Source: Octopus sinensis
Taxonomy: Eukaryota
Assembly: GCF_006345805.1 (NCBI RefSeq)
Contig: NC_043022.1
Span: 18,724,001-18,788,000 of the forward strand
Length of the DNA stretch: 64,000 nt
Reading direction: 5' to 3'
In this document: positions 1-47,584 of the stretch, piece after piece
Position numbering within the stretch: the first letter of the stretch is position 1
How the letters are laid out: every line of letters starts with the position of its first letter
Notes under the pieces: model-generated
The model's database searches: none
Told to the model about the DNA's origin: nothing
The model's input: only the letters and a program-made list of their open reading frames with translations
Position numbers and translations under genes: made by a program

Positions 1-129
1 TTGGCGTTAGGAAGGGCATCCAGCTGTAGAAACACTGCCAGATCAGACTGGGCCTGGTGCAGCCTTCTGGCTTCCCAGACCCCAGTTGAACCGTCCAACC
101 CATGCCAGCATGGAAAGCGGACGTTAAAC

Positions 130-160
<31 letters not shown>
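1..160 (+). mobile_element. SINE/RTE-tail repeat ending in (GAT)n; copies at ~3680-3912, 27004-27290(-), 30830-30990, 55830-56050, 57000-57190, 63880-64000(-)
   Basis: Shared ggcgttaggaagggcatccagc...ccatgccagcatggaaagcggacgttaaacgatgatg. Confidence 0.85.
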
Positions 161-162
<2 letters not shown>

Positions 163-381
163 ATATATGGCCATGTGATGCATATGGATGAGAACAGCTG
201 TGTGACGAAGTGTCACACCCTAACAGTGGAGAGAACCTGTGGAAGAGGTAGACCCAGGAAGACATGGAATGAAATGGTGAAACTTTTTAATTTAAGTCTT
301 ATGAAAACAAGACATTTGTACTCAGAGCCAGAGCCGTTTCATCCAGGTTTGTTATGAAAGGGTTAATTTAGATCACTTTAA

Positions 382-603
382 CCCTTTTGTTACCATATTG
401 CTGTTGAGATGCGCTGTGTTTCTTTCAATCAATTTTAAATATAGCAAAAAATTTAGTAAAATAACTTCGTTATCATTAAGCTAGTGTTAGGAACATAAAT
501 TGTGACTAAGGTTTGGTGGAAGATTTTAATTCAGAACTTATGAAAACAAGACATTCGTACTTCAGAACCAGAGCAGGTTTCAGCTGGGTTGGTAATGAAA
601 GGG
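382..603. mobile_element. TTAA-flanked piggyBac-type MITE (~222 bp); further copies at 37068-37289 and 37321-37542, degenerate ones at 282-366 and ~33440-33660
   Basis: TTAA|CCCTTT(T/C)...AAAGGG|TTAA termini; multiple similar copies. Confidence 0.78.
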
Positions 604-1243
604 TTAATATTGAAAATTTTGGAGTATTGAATATGCTGCTAAGAACTAATATACAATTCCTTATTTCAATGTATGTATATGTATATATAGGTGTAAAAAG
701 TTTAAATTTACTAAAATGATAGTATTGCAAACAGTTTAGGTTAAATAGGTGATATAGTTTGGGATTATGGTGTAAAGTTTAGGTAAAAATTGGATAAAGG
801 TGAGTTACATGGAGTATAAATATGGTGGGATTTACAATGGATGTTATATTATGTATTATTGTATTATGATCAGATAAGTATAGGATTAAGTATAAAGATC
901 AGAATATAAATCAGAATAAAAAAATTTATAGTAATATTAAGGGTTAATTAAGGGTTATGGGGATAAAAATAAGGGTTATAGTTATGCGCCAAATAAGAAA
1001 TAATGTTATTGAATAATATGCAGATGGTATTATAATGCTAATTAATCTACATGAATGTTTAAAAGCAGGATATATATGAACATGTGATTAGGAAGCATTA
1101 CATTCACCAACTAATTAGGTTATACAGTTCTATATTTAAGAGATGAGGAGTTATGTACATTATTTATATTTGACGGATATTTGTCCTCGCCTTGATGAAC
1201 GCTGGAGGATATATCAGCCGAAACGTTGTGTTAACAGCAAAAA

Positions 1244-1322
<79 letters not shown>

Positions 1323-1338
1323 CATTCATATAGAAGTC

Positions 1339-3390
1339 TTTGAACTTTAATTCACCCCGTATCTCTATTTATTATTATTTATTATGTATCATTATTCTGA
1401 GCCCCCTAGTCGCCACTCTGTTTACTATTTCAGCCTCGCCTCGTTTTTGCATATTCTGTATAATTCATTAGTTATCGTTATAGATATTTAAGATCTATCT
1501 CCCTTACAGGGCTGATCGAATTGGCCGCCGATCTTCGCGGGGTTCTCTTCCCCTTCTCTCCCCCTCTTTTTACAATGTCTGTCTGGACTCCTCTCTTCCT
1601 ACTTCTCCTCCATGGCTATGCATACTTAAGCTAGTAACCTGCCTCATTCTTGATTCCGAATTCCTTTTGCCAAGTCTGTCCGTAAACGAAGTGATCCCAA
1701 GATAAGAAATCTTTGAACTTTAATTCACCCCGTATCTCTATTTATTATTATTTATTATGTATCATTATTCTGAGCCCCCTAGTCGCCACTCTGTTTACTA
1801 TTTCAGCCTCGCCTCGTTTTTGCATATTCTGTATAATTCATTAGTTATCGTTATAGATATTTAAGATCTATCTCCCTTACAGGGCTGATCGAATTGGCCG
1901 CCGATTCTTCGCGGGGTTCTCTTCCCCTTCTCTCCCCCTCTTTTTACATTGTCTGTCTGGACTCCTCTCTTCCTACTTCTCTCCATGGCTATGCATACTT
2001 AAGCTAGTAACCTGCCTCATTCTTGATTCCGAATTCCTTTTGCAAAGTCTGTCCGTAAACGAAGTGATCCCAAGATAAGAAATCTTTGAACTTTAATTCA
2101 CCCCGTATCTCTATTTATTATTATTTATTATGTATCATTATTCTGAGCCCCCTAGTCGCCACTCTGTTTACTATTCAGCGCCTCGCCTCGTTTTTGCATA
2201 TTCTGTATAATTCATTAGTTATCGTTATAGATATTAAGATCTATCTCCCTTACAGGGCTGATCGAATTGGCCGCCGATTCTTCGCGGGGTTCTCTTCCCC
2301 TTCTCTCCCCCTCTTTTTACATTGTCTGTCTGGACTCCTCTCTTCCTACTTCTCTCCATGGCTATGCATACTTAAGCTAGTAACCTGCCTCATTCTTGAT
2401 TCCGAATTCCTTTTGCCAGTCTGTCCGTAAACGATGTGATCCCAAGATAAGAAATCTTTGAACTTTAATTCACCCCGTATCTCTATTTATTATTATTTAT
2501 TATGTATCATTATTCTGAGCCCCCTAGTCGCCACTCTGTTTACTATTTCAGCCTCGCCTTCTTTTTGCATATTCTGTATAATTCATTAGTTATCGTTATA
2601 GATATTTAAGATCTATCTCCCTTACAGGGCTGATCGAATTGGCCGCCGATTCTTCGCGGGGTTCTCTTCCCCTTCTCTCCCCCTCTTTTACATTGTCTGT
2701 CTGGACTCCTCTCTTCCTACTTCTCTCCATGGCTATGCATACTTAAGCTAGTAACCTGCCTCATTCTTGATTCCGAATTCCTTTTGCCAAGTCTGTCCGT
2801 AAACGAAGTGATCCCAAGATAAGAAATCTTTGAACTTTAATTCACCCCGTATCTCTATTTATTATTATTTATTATGTATCATTATTCTGAGCCCCCTAGT
2901 CGCCACTCTGTTTACTATTTCAGCCTCGCCTCGTTTTTGCATATTCTGTATAATTCATTAGTTATCGTTATAGATATTTAAGATCTATCTCCCTTACAGG
3001 ACTGATCGAATTGGCTGCCGGTTTCTTCGCGGGGTTCTCTTCCCCTTCTCTCCCCCTCTTTTTACATTGTCTGTCTGGACTCCTCTCTTCCTACTTCTCT
3101 CCATGGCTATGCATACTTAAGCTAGTAACCTGCCTCATTCTTGATTCCGAATTCCTTTTGCCAAGTCTGTCCGTAAACGATGTGATCCCAAGATAAGAAA
3201 TCTTTGAACTTTAATTCACCCCGTATCTCTATTTATTATTATTTATTATGTATCATTATTCTGAGCCCCCTAGTCGCCACTCTGTTTACTATTTCAGCCT
3301 CGCCTCGTTTTTGCATATTCTGTATAATTCATTAGTTATCGTTATAGATATTTAAGATCTATCTCCCTTACAGGGCTGATCGAATTGGCC
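1339..3390. repeat. Tandem array of ~373-bp units (5.5 copies)
   Basis: tttgaactttaattcacc recurs at 1339, 1712, 2085, 2457, 2829 and 3203. Confidence 0.95.
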
Positions 3391-3916
3391 CCCCTCTTCA
3401 ATACGCTATTTCACCATGCATTACCCCTCTCTCGATATCCTACGTTCTACTTGCCTAGAACCTGTCCTCAGAACCACCCCTCCCACTGGTGCTCCGCTAT
3501 ATTTCTGCACCCCCCCCACCACCATTATAGGTGTCTACTCTTTGAACCCCCCTCTTCAATACGCTATTTCACCATGCATTACCCCTCTCTCGATTTCCTA
3601 CGTTCTACTTGCCTAGAACCTGTCCTCTGAACCACCCCTCCCACTGGTGCTCCCCTATATTTCTGCACCCCCCCCCCATAAAAAGCACCATCCGAACGTG
3701 GCCGATGCCAGACCCCTCTGGCACCTGTGCAGGTGGCACGTAAAAAACACCCACTACACTCGCGGAGTGGTTGGCGTTAGGAAGGGCATCCAGCTGTAGA
3801 AACACTGCCAGACTAGACTGGAGCCTGGGGCAGTCCCGAGCTCCCCAGACCCCGGTCGAAACCGTCCAACCCGTGCTAGCGCGGAAAACGGACGTTAAAC
3901 GATGATGATGATATAC

Positions 3917-4250
3917 AGGCGCAGGAGTGGCTGTGTGGTAAGTAGCTTGTTTACCAACCACATGGTTCCGGGTTCAGTCCCACTGCGTGGCACTTTGGGC
4001 AAGTGTGTCTTCTACTATAGCCTCGGGCCGACCAAAGCCTTGTGAGTGGATTTGGTAGACAGAAACTGAAAGAAGCCTGTCGTATATATGTATATATATG
4101 TATGTCTGAGTTTGTCCTCCCAACATCGCTTGACAACCGATGCTGGTGTGTTCATGTCCCCGTAACTTTAGCGGTTTGGCTAAAGAGGCCGATAGAATAA
4201 GTACTAGGCTTACAAAGAATAAGTCCTGGGGTGGATTTGCTCGACTAAAA
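3917..4250 (+). mobile_element. tRNA-derived SINE; copies at 5662-6056, 34058-34467, 44522-44942(-), partial at ~12200-12640(-), ~13690-13860(-), ~51190-51420
   Basis: A-box gtggctgtgtggtaag, B-box ggttcagtccc, shared body with internal (TA/TG)n, (GAGTAAAA)n tail. Confidence 0.85.
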
Positions 4251-4422
4251 TATATATACATATGTACACATGCACACACATATATATGTACATATATATA
4301 CACACACACACACATATATATACATATACATATATATGCATATATCATCATCATTTAATGTCCGCTTTCCATTAAACGATGATGATATATGCATATATAT
4401 GTATATACATATATATACATAC

Positions 4423-4473
<51 letters not shown>

Positions 4474-4520
4474 TATATATACACACATATATATGTACAT
4501 GTACATACACACACATACAA

Positions 4521-4560
<40 letters not shown>

Positions 4561-4665
4561 CATGTAATTTATTGGTTTGTGTGTGCCTGTCAATCCTTTT
4601 ACAATCCCCTTTTTAGGGAATGACTTCCATTGATCCCTGTAATTGCTTTCTCTCTTTCAATTCAG

Positions 4666-38016
<33,351 letters not shown>

Positions 38017-38196
38017 CAACAGCACTAATCGCATAACCAGTATAAATATATATATATATATATATCTATATATAAATTCAAAATAAGCAAAAGGATACCA
38101 AGAGGTGATGCAGTACAACCATTTGAAGCGGCTCTATTTAATTGAACAATGCAATCATTACACCAATTTAAATGTAGGGCTATCCTCAGTTGCATA

Positions 38197-38206
38197 AATA
38201 AATAAA
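38197..38206 (+). terminator. Candidate polyadenylation signals of gene A (overlapping AATAAA)
   Basis: aataaataaa ~180 nt after the stop codon; the motif is common in AT-rich DNA. Confidence 0.4.
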
Positions 38207-41200
38207 TAGAGTTTTTGATCAGTTGGACACATCAATATAATTTTACTCAAAAGCTCTAATAGAGCAAGAAGACTGAAAGTGCCCATGTTGCTACTAATGT
38301 AGGACCCCAGACAAATCAATGCACTGATCCCTTTTCCACAATCCCTTCCCTTTTCAAGTAAAACTTGAAAAAGTTAATCAGGGCTTTGCCATAGAGAGAA
38401 GTATCTGTCTTCAGCCCTTTCAGTCTGGTCCACTACACGACCTTTTTACGCTAAGGCCATACTGGTACTCGCTGTCCCTTTCTATCTTCCGCTAACTCTA
38501 GAAATTTATAGATCTCTCCATGATAGTCAGTTATTATGACCTTGTTTTCTCTGCCTCTCTTCCTTTAACTCTTCAGCATTCAAACTGGCCATGTCCGGCC
38601 AAAATATTTAACTTGTTTTATGTTGAAACTGGTCAGATCTGGCCTCTCACCTCAGTCCTACAATGTCATTCTAATACTAAACAACCGCACCAGCAAAATC
38701 TCTAAACTACAAGACAATGCATGATTATTTCAAAACAATATAAATAAACAAACATCACATTTGACAGAATAATCTGAACAGAAAAGGGTTAAACTTTCCT
38801 CTGTATCTTATACTAGTTGTTGACCAAAGCTTTCTTTTAAGGTCCTATTTAATTCTCTCTCTGATGATGAAAGACATCACCACTCTATAGCTGGCTACTG
38901 TCCTTTTTCAAGGAAATGCACCATCTGTACATCTAGTCTTGAAACAGGTGTAAGGAACTATTTGCACCCTTTCTTACTTCATTCCTTCTCATCATCTATA
39001 CTCATGTAACAACTCAAACTTCCTGTTTTAATACATGAATATCATAGTCTAACCTCATACCAGTGATTTTCCCACTTATATTTCTATTCTATTGTACATT
39101 TTAATGTCCACATATTAGTCGAATGAATTGACATATTAGTCATTTTTGTGGAATGAATTCACCCCAGTACTTACTTCTGTGTTTGTTGATCTCTGTTATT
39201 CTATTGAAGACATAAAGACATAAACGTATCAGCAGCAGCTGTCACGCAGTGGTGGAGATACACACACACACACACACACACATACACATGAGACATGCTT
39301 TTCAGTTTTGTTACGACCTACATTCAGATGAAAAACTTTGTACATTTCTGCCAACTGGCCAAACAGGACACAAACATGACTGATGTTTGTTAACAAACCC
39401 ACTTCTCAAGGTTGGACACCCACCACAACACCTCCACACTTTGAACTTTTTCCAAGAAATTTTTCCTTTTGTTTCTTTTCAACACTTATTGTCATTTCTT
39501 TTTCTTTTTTTTCCAAATACATTTTTATTCATTTACTATTTTTTTTCCTTCCACACCCAGCATAATATTTTTTTTCTCAACTCTGAAAAACGATTACACA
39601 GCATTATTATGTATATATTTTTCATTTCTATGTCTTTTCCTTTCGTTACACTTTCCTTGGCAGAAACTGGATCAGTTACCTGCAAACTTTCATTATCTTT
39701 TAAAGTGTTTGCATTAGAACGATTCCTTAACGAAGCATTTTCACTAGAAGGACCTTTTCCTGTAACAGATGGCTCAGATTCTCTAATTTCAGAATTTTCT
39801 ACAACATGGTCTTCACTAGTCACTTCCATCGACATTTCATCTGGACTTGTTTAGTATCCTCAATCACAAAATGGCTTGCATTTTCTTTGTCCATTTTAGC
39901 TTTCCTAGCAATTGGTTTGTTTTCAATTTCAACAGATAACATCTGCTTATGTTTGAAATCTTCTGGCATGACTCACTTTAAATGCATCATTAATTCTTTT
40001 TCGTTTTTTTTTTGTCTTCCAAACCAGAATTATTTTTTGTTCCACACAGAACCATTTCTTTTCAAAATGCCATAGGTAGTAACAAGTCTACATTATTACT
40101 GGTAGCGCTACTACATATAGTGACCTAACTTATGAATCCTTCAAACAGACTTACTATTTTTTGTTCCACACAGAACCTTTTTTCTTTTCAAAGTGCCACA
40201 TCTCATTCATTTTATTGACATCCTTCTTTTGGTGCAAACTGAATAAAAGTAGTATATGTTTTGTTTATATATAACATGCAGTTATATTATCACATATTGA
40301 TAATGAATAGAAATGGCTTTTCTGATAATTTTTCCACTTTAATAATTAGATGTTTATAGGAGACTAATTATCAAAATGGAAAAATTATCAGAAAATTCAT
40401 TTCTATTCATTTTTTTCAAATATCTTATATTACTTTACCAAGGCCTGTCTATTTTTTATACTTACATACATATTTTATATATATATATGCGTGCGTGTGT
40501 GTGTGTGTGTGTGTAATATATATATATAAATTAGAGAAAAACCACTATTATGTAATTCAAACAATGATAGACATAAACCAAATCATGAAGAAAAAATAAA
40601 ATATATTATAAAACATATAACTAGATTACAAAACGTACAAAAAAATGAATAAACAATATATAATAAGTAAAATGACTACATACGTTTCGTGGCTATAACT
40701 TCAATTCGAATTACATTAACAATCTATAGAATATCTTTTCACTAGCTATACTCTAATATTATATATACATATATATATATATATATTTGTTTTGTTTTTT
40801 TTGAGGTGGTATACCATATATATTTTATGTATTAAGTAAAAAAGAGATGAGCTAGTTGAAAAAATATGGAACTAACATATATAGAAAAGGTATAAATTTT
40901 CTGTAAAAATATCATTCCTGATGAATCTCTGAAATGAGATGGAAGCCCTAAATAAACTTTTCTACTTTTGGCACAAAGCCCCAAATTTTTTGGTGGGGAG
41001 GGGCCAGTCGATTGAATCGACCCTAGGACACAAATGATGCTTAATTTATCGACCCCGAAAGGATGAAAGGCAAAGTTGACCTCGGTGGAATTTGAACTCA
41101 GAACGTGAAGACAGACAAAATACCGCTAAGCATTTCGCCCGACAAGCTAACGTTTCTGCCAGCGCAGTGTCTTAAAATATTCAAGCTCTTTCTGAACAAT

Positions 41201-42266
41201 TGAAACAGTCAGCATTGTTACAGAATATTCATTTTTTTTATTGCCCACAAGGAGCTAAAGATAGAGGAGGCAAACAAGGACACCCAAATGGATTAAGTCG
41301 ATTAGATCAACTCCAGTGCATAACTGGTACTTATTTAATCAACCCCGAAAGGATGAAATGCAAAGTTGACCTCGGCAGAATTTGAACTCAGAATGTAGAG
41401 ACAGTTGAAATACCACTAAGTATTTCGCCCAGCATGTTAACGTTTCTGCCATTTCACTGCTTTAAGTATGATATATTTTGTTTTCATTCTAGACACAAGG
41501 TCTGAAATTTTTTTTGATGGGTAGGAAACCAGTCGATTAGATTGCCCCCAGTACGCAACTGGTACTTGATTTATCAACCCTGAAAGAATGAAAGGCAAAG
41601 TCAACCTCCATGGAATTTGAACTCAAAAAGTAACCGTGGACGAAATACCATTACACATTTTGCCCAGCGTGCTAACGATTCACCTTGCCCTAAATAATCA
41701 GTTATTGTTTATTGATTACAAAAAAGACAATATCTCATCTGTTTTTGTAATCAAATGATAATTGATGTTAATCAATTATCAATTTTATCTCCATTTTCTT
41801 ATTTTCCCTTATAGATAAACTTCAGTTTATTTCTTTCTTTACCAATCATTTATGAGCATTGACACTAATACTCATAATCACATATTGGTAAGATACCAGT
41901 AATTCATTGGGCATAAATATCCCTTAGACAGTTTTTATAACCTCTAATTGAACTTACCTTTATAAATATATATATACATATATATGTGCCCCCATTGACA
42001 GACCCTTAGTATTAATAAAATTTAAACACTTATGCTATGCAAATTAGTTGCGCCAGTTTTCTGTAGCTACTGTAATTGTTGACAATATAAGCAGGTTAGC
42101 AGTTTGTTTCTCTGGGATTGGTAAAATTTATGTAGACACCTCTGAGGAGAGTTCAATAAGGTCCGAAAATCAGTCAAAGTTGTTCATATTTTTGTTCAAC
42201 CTGCAGAGAAATAACTAAATTTGCTCTGTTTATATAGCTACTCTATAACTTACATATATTCTTTAA

Positions 42267-42707
42267 CCCCTTCAGTCATGGATAAAAAAGCAAAACTATT
42301 TTTTTTATCTATACCAAAATACAGGTAAATCACACATATTGAGTCAATTTTTAAAGGATTCCATATTTAATATGCTTAATTTTTGGCATGGACAAATAAA
42401 AATTTTGCTAACCCTAGTTTAAAAAAATACCAATTTACTTACATCTGTGAGATTTATGAGAAAACTCAGCCATCTTCTATGGCTTGTGAGTAAACACAGA
42501 GTCAGAATCACATGGTCTTGGACTCTCCTCAGAGGTGTCTCCATAAATTTGACCAATCCCAGAGAAACATCCTGACAATCTGTCTATATAGTCAGCATCT
42601 TTGAGGTGTCCAAGGAATTGGTAACTGTGACTCAATTATATTTTATATTTATTTTGTAATTTATGCTGAAAAATTGTTCATTACACTGTACAAAGTGACT
42701 GAAGAGG
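42267..42707. mobile_element. TTAA-flanked piggyBac-type non-autonomous element
   Basis: ttaa|ccccttcagtca ... tgactgaagagg|ttaa. Confidence 0.6.
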
Positions 42708-44979
42708 TTAAAAAAGGCATCAAGATCACAACATCACATTAAATGTTATTAAGCATCACATTAGATGTTATTAAACAGTCATCGTTTGTTTTTTGGGGAA
42801 GGCATCAATATCACAACATTGCATTGTATATTTCCTTGTATGAGATGCTGAAAGGTTAATGTTTTCACTGAAGTCATCATCGTTTGTGTTTGAGAAAGGC
42901 ATCAACATCACAACATTACTTTTCATCAGTGTAATCCTTATTTGTGTTTGGGAAATGAATCAACATCTCAACATCACATTTTATACTTTTGCGTGTGAAA
43001 TATTAAAGACATAAAAATTATTTTCTATTAAAAATTGTTTCTTTTTTTCTTGAACTTTTACCAGAAATTTCAGTCACCACATTTACAGACAACTACTGCC
43101 ACAACTCTACTATGGCTACAAACACCACTGCACCACAGCCAACACCAAAACACTATTACAACAACAAGCACCACCAAAACACTACAACCAACACAACAAT
43201 ACTACAACCAATGTTGCAACACTACAGCTACCACAACTGCACTATTATCATTATTATTATTATTATTGTTGTTGTTGAGTGAGAGAGCAGTACATGCCAT
43301 CAAAGTGACACGGGTAAAATATATGAAGCCCAGTATACCCATCATAGGTACCTGTCTGATAAGGGTACATCAGGCACATGCATCGCAACCATATGTGTAT
43401 GACATGGTGGTCTCATGTCAAGATAAACAGTGCATGACCTTGCAGGTGGGGCCCAGTTAGAATTTTCTTTAGGTTGAGTAGCCCAAGAGTTGTTTAAGGA
43501 TGTTGAATGAAATGCCCATGTTTCCAGAACTGAACTGGGGCTCATGAAGAAGAAGAACAAAAACAAATATGCCATATTATACAAGGTCGTGATGAGGCCC
43601 TTCACAAAATCGAGCCATAATTTTGTTATAAATACAAGAAGAACAGTGAAATCGATGTGAGAAAACTTGTAATAGTAGTGCCAATATTTCACGTTATTAT
43701 CAGATAACAATATTAATTGAAAGTGTGTTTTCGAGACATGATCATTTTGACATTGTTACAAGAATGTACTGATTAGGCCCAACTTTTCAAGTGCTAGCAT
43801 TTCGATTTCAGTTCACAGTTCTCAAGTTATGCGCCTTCTAGATACATGTTTGTTGGGCCATATAGTATCTTTTTGTTTAATATTGTCATGGTTGGTGAAA
43901 AATTATAATTAGTAATTATCATTATCAAATTCAATACAGCTAGTGACATCATCGTGAGCCTGTGAGGCCCAGTGCTTGTTGCTCATTCAGTTGGATGCTA
44001 GTTCTCTTGCACCCCACCCCATTAAATGGCCAAGAACTAGGCTAGAGAATGTTTTTTTTAAGTAAGTTAATTTCAGGAGTTTGAAGTTATAAGAAATTCT
44101 GGGCTTTATGTTCTAGCATAATTTGCTTTTCCAGAAGCTAAATAGACCTACCATAGCCTAAGCTATATTCACATATTATTTGAAATATCTTCTAACAATG
44201 TCTGTGCGAGTGTGCGGATATGATTGATCATTGACCCTTTTCTTGGCCTGCTTGAAGTGCATGCATCAACTCTAGATCCTGTTTCACAACATATATATTT
44301 TATTTCAATGCTAAATCAATCATTTTCTTTCACACGGATTTAATACATTAGTAAGGCGGGACTGCAGTGACTCCTTAATATTTTGTAGTGATGGAACCCT
44401 CAGTGAAAAAGAAGAGATTGTGCTCATATAACAAAGACTGGGAAAATGGTTGGCAGCAACTAATAATCCACAAGAGGCAAAGTGCATTATTTGTAATGGT
44501 ACCTTTAAAATTGGTCATATGGGTGTTACTCTTTACTCTTACTCCTTTACTTGTTTCAGTCATTTGACTGCGGCCATGCTGGAGCACCGCCTTTAGTCGA
44601 GCAAATCGACCTCGGGACTTATTTTTTGTAAGCCCAGTACTTATTCTATCAGTCTCTTTTGCCAAACCGCTAAGTGACAGGGACGTAAACACACCAGCAT
44701 CGGTTGTCAAGCAATGCTAGGGGGACAAACACAGACACACAAACATATACACACACACTTATATATATATACATATATCCGACAGGCTTCTTTCAGTTTC
44801 CGTCTACCAAATCCACTCACAAGGCATTGGTCGGCCCGGGGCTATAGCAGAAGACACTTGCCCTAGGTGCCACGCAGTGGGACTGAACCCTGAACCATGT
44901 GGTTGGTTAGCAAGCTACTTACCACACAGCCACTCCTGCGCCACTCCGGTGTTGTAGCTATCAAACAACGTAAGACTTC

Positions 44980-45894
44980 CAATAGTCATAAAAGTAATTG
45001 CGATGCTTCAGTTTCCATTGCTACAACTCCCTTGATTGTAGCTTGAAAATGAATTCAAAACTTTCCTGGGATTCCAAAGTAGCTGGAAAGATATATCTTG
45101 TGGTCGGACCAAATCGAAGGCCATAGTTACGAATGTTTTAGATAAAAAAAAAGCATTAAAAGTAGCATTGAAAGATTTGAAACAACAGGATCCTCCTCTA
45201 TAGTTTTGCCTTCAAATTGATGCTTCTAACCACAAAAACAGGGAAATATTTCCCTTATGTGTTCAATATTTCAATATGGAATATGGTACAGTGAACTACA
45301 TTATTGACTGTTTTGAGAATGCTGATGAAAGTGCCGATGGAATGTTTTAGATGTTTGAGAAAGTCTCTGGACAATTTGCAACTTGACTGGGGAAGAGTTT
45401 CAGGTTTTAGACTTTGAAATCTTTAGACTTTAAATGTATCAATGTTTTCAAAATAGTTTCTTTTGTCCTTTTAATTCCTGGAACATCATCTTATTGTGAG
45501 AGAGTTTTTAGTTTAATGCCATCTAAATGGCGAGATGAAAGGAACCGATGCTTTGTAGAATTAATTGAGAATGAATTTCTCTTATATTTTAACATAAAAG
45601 ATAGTTGCTTGGAATTTGCTAAAAACATCAAAGAAGATACAAATTTTCAGAAGCCAGCAAAAAACCAGGGCAAATATAGTTTTAAAGATTCGAATCTTTT
45701 GATCAAAGTAAAATAAAAGTGTTCTTGGTCATTTGTTTTTGTATTTTCATTTAGATAAAAGAAATGTAATTTTGAACTGCATTTAATATTGGCATCTGTT
45801 ATGATTTATAGGAACCGAACCAAAATTTGTGCACTTAAATATCAATAAAGTTTTTCATGTCCTTTATTGTAGTTTTACAGAGTTGGCAACCCTA
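44980..45894 (+). mobile_element. Internally deleted hAT transposon remnant
   Basis: CGRTKSKAIV, LQIDASNHK, IPGTSSYCERVFSLM...W.DERNR (hAT dimerisation region); ends in gttggcaacccta, the reverse complement of the hAT-type TIR TAGGGTTGCCAAC. Confidence 0.75.
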
Positions 45895-46515
45895 GTTCCT
45901 GTGCATTACAAAACCACAGGCTACAGTATACACGTGGTCATTAAAACACATAAAAGAAGAAAGAAGCTCCAAAGATATGCATTTTCCAGAAAGTTATGAG
46001 GAGTAAAATGTCCGGTTGTGTGAATTTTCCGAAACTCCTCTTCCCAATCCCTCCGAAATGTTTTTCCAAACAAATCTTTACACACACTCAATCTACAAGA
46101 TCCAAGCGATTATGGAAAGACTTCCGCCCGTCCCCCACCACCATTTTCCCACAAATCTGTTAATTTAGAAAATGTGTTTTTGCCAAAAACCCTCATTTTC
46201 ATATACGGAGGTTCCAGAACATTGCCAAAAACCAGCATTGTCAAATTCCACCTCGTCCCCCAGCCCAAATTCTTCAATTTTGACTTTTTCCCCCAACACT
46301 AACCCTAACCCTAAACCAAAAATCCTAACACTAACCCTAACCCTAACCGTACCAATACAATAAGAAAGTCTATCATTCATTCTGATAATAGAATCACTTC
46401 AGTGGTAAGTTAATTTTCGTTTTTTAATTACAACGCAATGTATTTAATTAAATTGTGTCTGTGGAGAGTCATTCTGTTTTAATGCCTTATTAATTAACAC
46501 ACTTGTAACAAGATG

Positions 46516-46647
46516 GGGATCTTTTCGCTTTGACCGGCAGATTTTTTAAATAATTTCTTTGTAACTAAAAAATTTTAAACTTCGTATATTGGTAGAGTTA
46601 CAAAGAAATTATTTTAAAAATCTGCCGCTCAAAGAGAAAAGATCCCG
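46516..46647. mobile_element. Palindromic MITE (~130 bp)
   Basis: gggatcttttc...ggcagattttttaaataatttctttgtaa / ttacaaagaaattattttaaaaatctgcc...gaaaagatccc. Confidence 0.7.
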
Positions 46648-47387
46648 CAAGGATGGGGTACTAAATTTATCGACCCCGAAAGGATGAAAGGCAAAGTCGA
46701 CCTCGGCGGAATTTATTATAATCGTATTTTATGCTGTTTGGAAGTTGTTTCTGTAAAATTCCACCAAAAGATATCCATTTTCCTTAAAGTCGTCATGACC
46801 GGGGCTTGAACTGTATATTGACCGCACATCAATATTATCAATACTTTTTATAATATCCCAGTTGCGTACTAGAGTCGATCTAATAGACTGAACCCCTCCC
46901 ACCAAATTTATACGCACACACACACAGTCTCATACACGCGCGCGCGCACACACATACACAGAGTCTCATACACGCACACACACAGTATCATAAACACACA
47001 AACCCACACACACAGTCTCATACACGCACACACACAGTCTCATTAAACACAGAAACAGGCTCGTACACGCACGCACACAGATACCAGCAGACAACCAGTG
47101 TCCTAATTTAAAATTTATTTCTCTTTTTTTCTTTTTCTCAGAATTCTAACATTATATGGGAGGAGCATTTTGAAGTATCGTCTTTTGTTGTTTTTTTTTT
47201 CTTTCTTTCTCTTTCAGTTCCAAGGCAACAAAGTGTGTAATTACATCGCAAGGACGGAAATACAACGAAAAAGTTTTGCCGAAAACAAAAAAAAAGTTTT
47301 TGCAAAAAAGAAAAAAAAAGATTTTACAAATAAAAAGAAAAGAAAAGAACACGATCGATTTTACTCATGCTATTATTATGCGTTTCT

Positions 47388-47584
47388 GGGAATCCCGGAC
47401 TTAGTGCAGTCAACTGCAACTTTGACCATATAGAGTGACTTGACAATTATTCACCAACTTTTGTGGCTATATATGTCAGAGTTCGGCGGTATCCGATATT
47501 CACTTTGTTGACAGGACAGGTGCTACCTGCATCAATACAATAAGAAAGTCTACATTTCATACAGATAATAGAATCACTTCAGTG
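47388..47584 (+). promoter_or_regulatory. Candidate promoter / non-coding first exon of gene B (kB-like GGGAATCCC at 47388-47396; donor cagtg|GTAAGT at 47584/47585)
   Basis: Non-repetitive, GC-richer island with a strong donor ~7 kb upstream of the signal exon, which needs an upstream UTR exon; no transcript evidence. Confidence 0.35.

Noticed and set aside
1339-3390. Regular repeats resembling a CRISPR or phage-like array (also the 107-bp and 260-bp arrays)
   Set aside because: Units are full-length tandem copies with no unique spacers; eukaryotic context; no cas genes.
43035-43290. Thr-rich mucin-like stretch followed by poly-Ile/Val
   Set aside because: ACA/ACC/ATT microsatellite-derived; no donor and no link to either gene model.
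46290-46340. (TAACCC)n as a telomere or fusion relic (also 53300-53330, 53695-53730)
   Set aside because: Only a few degenerate units, embedded in a multi-copy interspersed element.
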